From a virus, in the IMG/VR virus record IMGVR_UViG_3300047508_000265, positions 19,127 through 83,126 of that record: 64,000 nt of DNA; one strand, written 5' to 3'. Shown piece after piece: positions 61,995-64,000 of the stretch. The notes under the pieces are model-generated. The model saw only the letters and a program-made list of their open reading frames with translations, made no database searches and was not told the origin of the DNA. Position 1 is the stretch's first letter. The number at the start of each line of letters is the position of its first letter. The translations under genes were made by a program, and so were the position numbers.

Positions 61995-62288
61995 ATAATT
62001 TCGCAGGAAGAACCTGCGCAAGCAGAAAGTAAAACATGAACATACCAGACAAAGGATACGATTCAATTGCAGAAAGCGATTGGAGTTCTATAATGATATA
62101 TACGAGTCCAAATGGGAATAATGAAAAAACTAGAAAAATAAAATTGCCTTTTTGGTTAAGTTCCGCAATTCTTATAGCTATTGGGAACGCCAAACGCGAA
62201 GGAGCACAAGAAGTTAGAATGCCAATTAGAAGTGCATTAGGATTATAATTTCGCAGGAAGAACCTGCACAAGCAGAAAGCAAATAATG
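61995..62288 (+). repeat. 44-bp direct repeats (61995-62038 and 62245-62288) flanking one gene
   Basis: ATAATTTCGCAGGAAGAACCTGC(G/A)CAAGCAGAAAG(T/C)AAA..ATG. Confidence 0.9.
62036..62248 (+). CDS. Hypothetical protein, paralogue of 59283-59492
   Basis: Same motif pattern as 59283. Confidence 0.65.
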   Translation: MNIPDKGYDSIAESDWSSIMIYTSPNGNNEKTRKIKLPFWLSSAILIAIGNAKREGAQEVRMPIRSALGL

Positions 62289-62648
62289 AAAATACAACTA
62301 TACAGTGATGGATTCACGATAGTAGAGAGTCCAGAAACCAATGATGTAACAACGTTCTTTTTGGATGATGGATTTGAAATTAAGGAATCCAAAGTTCAAG
62401 CAGAATTTATAAGTGATCGTGGGGCTCTTGCGGCAATACGAGAAGATTTTGTTTGGGAAACCCATAAAGGCAGGTTTCAATATCCAAGAGACATGGCAAC
62501 ACCACATTTGATTCATGCCGTGAATATGATCTGGAGAAATTGGTTCGGGTTAAAGAACGACTATCCGGAAATTAAATCACGATGGAGCGATGCCTATGTC
62601 CGCCGAGCCTTGAGTGAATTAACTAATGAGTTAAACTGGCGCATATGA
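62286..62648 (+). CDS. Hypothetical protein
   Basis: W.T..G......M.T.HL motif. Confidence 0.6.
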   Translation: MKIQLYSDGFTIVESPETNDVTTFFLDDGFEIKESKVQAEFISDRGALAAIREDFVWETHKGRFQYPRDMATPHLIHAVNMIWRNWFGLKNDYPEIKSRWSDAYVRRALSELTNELNWRI

Positions 62649-62934
62649 TCTTGCGCCTCATGCATTGGTGCGCCAGATGGTTCTTTGGCTACATATACAC
62701 CTACGGTCAGCCAGAAGTGAAGGCCGTATTCTATGCCAAGAACGAGAGGGAAATGAACAATGCAGCAAGAACATACGTGGAGGAACTAGATGATGAATAT
62801 GAAAAAACTAAGTAACGCTATTGAAGAAGGGCGTAAAGCTCTCAAGGGAGATAGTAATGATGCAGAACATGATGCCTTATTTGATATCGTTGAAGTGTGG
62901 GATTTAATCGTAGCTAAGCAACGAAAGAAAATAA

Positions 62935-63186
62935 ATGACCCCAAGTGATATTGAAGTCATGCTTCACTGCTACTATTCACCCTTGCCGCATCCAAGAAGA
63001 TTCGTGCCTGCGGTAAGTCATGCGTTGGCAATGTTGTTACACGAGGAATTAATAAGCCCGCGTGATTTCGGTCATGGCCCAACATATACAGCAACCGAGA
63101 AGGGAAAAGCATGGGTCGCCATGATCTGTGCTACTCCGCTACCAGTCCAAGCGTGGCTGGACCCTAGAACAGGAAAGGCACCATGA
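62935..63186 (+). CDS. Hypothetical wHTH-like protein
   Basis: ATG ORF with TEKGKAW motif. Confidence 0.55.
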   Translation: MTPSDIEVMLHCYYSPLPHPRRFVPAVSHALAMLLHEELISPRDFGHGPTYTATEKGKAWVAMICATPLPVQAWLDPRTGKAP

Positions 63187-63569
63187 GATATATAGCGACA
63201 ATACAAACATACGTTAGAGTATCCGCTGATTATGATGTAGCTAAATGCACTCGAACTAAAATTCTTGAGGAGTATAATACTCTTAAAGAAGTAATGGATT
63301 GGGTAGAAAAAGAAAGTCAGTCTACAATGGGAGTTTCTGACGTAATAATCACACATGAATGACATAGACAACATAACACAAAAAGTAGCACAAAAGTTTA
63401 ACTGCTTTGGAGAAGGAACGCCTGTTAAATTTGGTAATCCTCTTTCAATTCTATGGCGCTATGAACCACCAGTGTTTGCGGCAGGAGTTAAAGTCGGAGA
63501 AGTTGTGGAGTTTGTGATACAGGAATGGTTGTGCAGTTAAATAACCCTAGAACAGGAAAAGCGCCATGA
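63161..63569 (+). repeat. 26-bp direct repeats (63161-63186 and 63544-63569) flanking two small ORFs
   Basis: ACCCTAGAACAGGAAA(G/A)GC(A/G)CCATGA. Confidence 0.85.
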
Positions 63570-63754
63570 AAACAATAAGACTGTATACTGAGAGCGGAGA
63601 TAAATATAAAATCAAAGTAAAAGAAAATACCTCAGAAGATGAGCTAGAAAAAATCTTAAAAGAAAAGTTTCCTGATGAATGGGAAGAAGAGGGCCCTGGA
63701 TTTCGAGGAAGCTATATTCATATTGAGGAAGATGGAGAGTATGAACAAACCTAA
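63566..63754 (+). CDS. Hypothetical acidic protein
   Basis: Starts at the ATG inside repeat copy 2. Confidence 0.55.
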   Translation: MKTIRLYTESGDKYKIKVKENTSEDELEKILKEKFPDEWEEEGPGFRGSYIHIEEDGEYEQT

Positions 63755-64000
63755 ATGTGTAGTCTGCGGCGCCCGATCACCGTGGGGTCAGAAAACGTGC
63801 GATGTGTTATGCGCCAGAGCACAAAAGTATGGCCGTGATCGAGGGAAGCAGATGGAACTGGAAGTCAGGGATGCGTGGCGAAGGCCGATCGTTGTAGACT
63901 CACTGACAAAGCCAGATAGAAGTGCGGACTTGGAATACAATCGGCCTTACATGATGGAGGTGTATTGAAAATAACAAACGCACAAGCAGAAAACTTAGCA

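Overview
A 64-kb piece of a tailed dsDNA bacteriophage genome (Caudoviricetes). No integrase, repressor or endolysin is recognisable in the window. It has three transcription blocks. (1) A leftward late/structural block (1-18019): terminase large subunit, portal, scaffold, major capsid protein (MCP), exported or lipoproteins and collagen-like fibres. (2) A rightward middle block (18.1-43.6 kb): RuvC-like resolvase, SF2 helicase, PD-(D/E)XK nuclease, dNMP kinase, family A DNA polymerase, HD hydrolase, primase-helicase, MazG and class II RNR, followed by a short leftward block (43.6-47.1 kb) with tRNA-Pro and two glycan enzymes. (3) A rightward early-type block (47.9-64 kb): small ORFs, many RNA hairpins, rIIA/rIIB, a C5 methylase-like gene and a displaced TerS-like gene. 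Main highlights: a 220-nt ORF-less group I intron splitting the MCP gene, with P1/P10 guide pairing and in-frame ligation readable directly from the sequence; about nine glycan-acting enzymes, including a GT75/RGP-like mutase, alongside a Thr-Gly-Ala motif shared by fibres, baseplate, scaffold and capsid (candidate virion-glycosylation system); a PolA with Gln at the motif A steric-gate Glu; nine HNH genes in several families; a portal frame that lacks a canonical start; several candidate structured ncRNAs; near-leaderless sigma70-type promoters; and gene cassettes flanked by direct repeats. All product calls come from motif recognition by eye. No database search or folding program was run.
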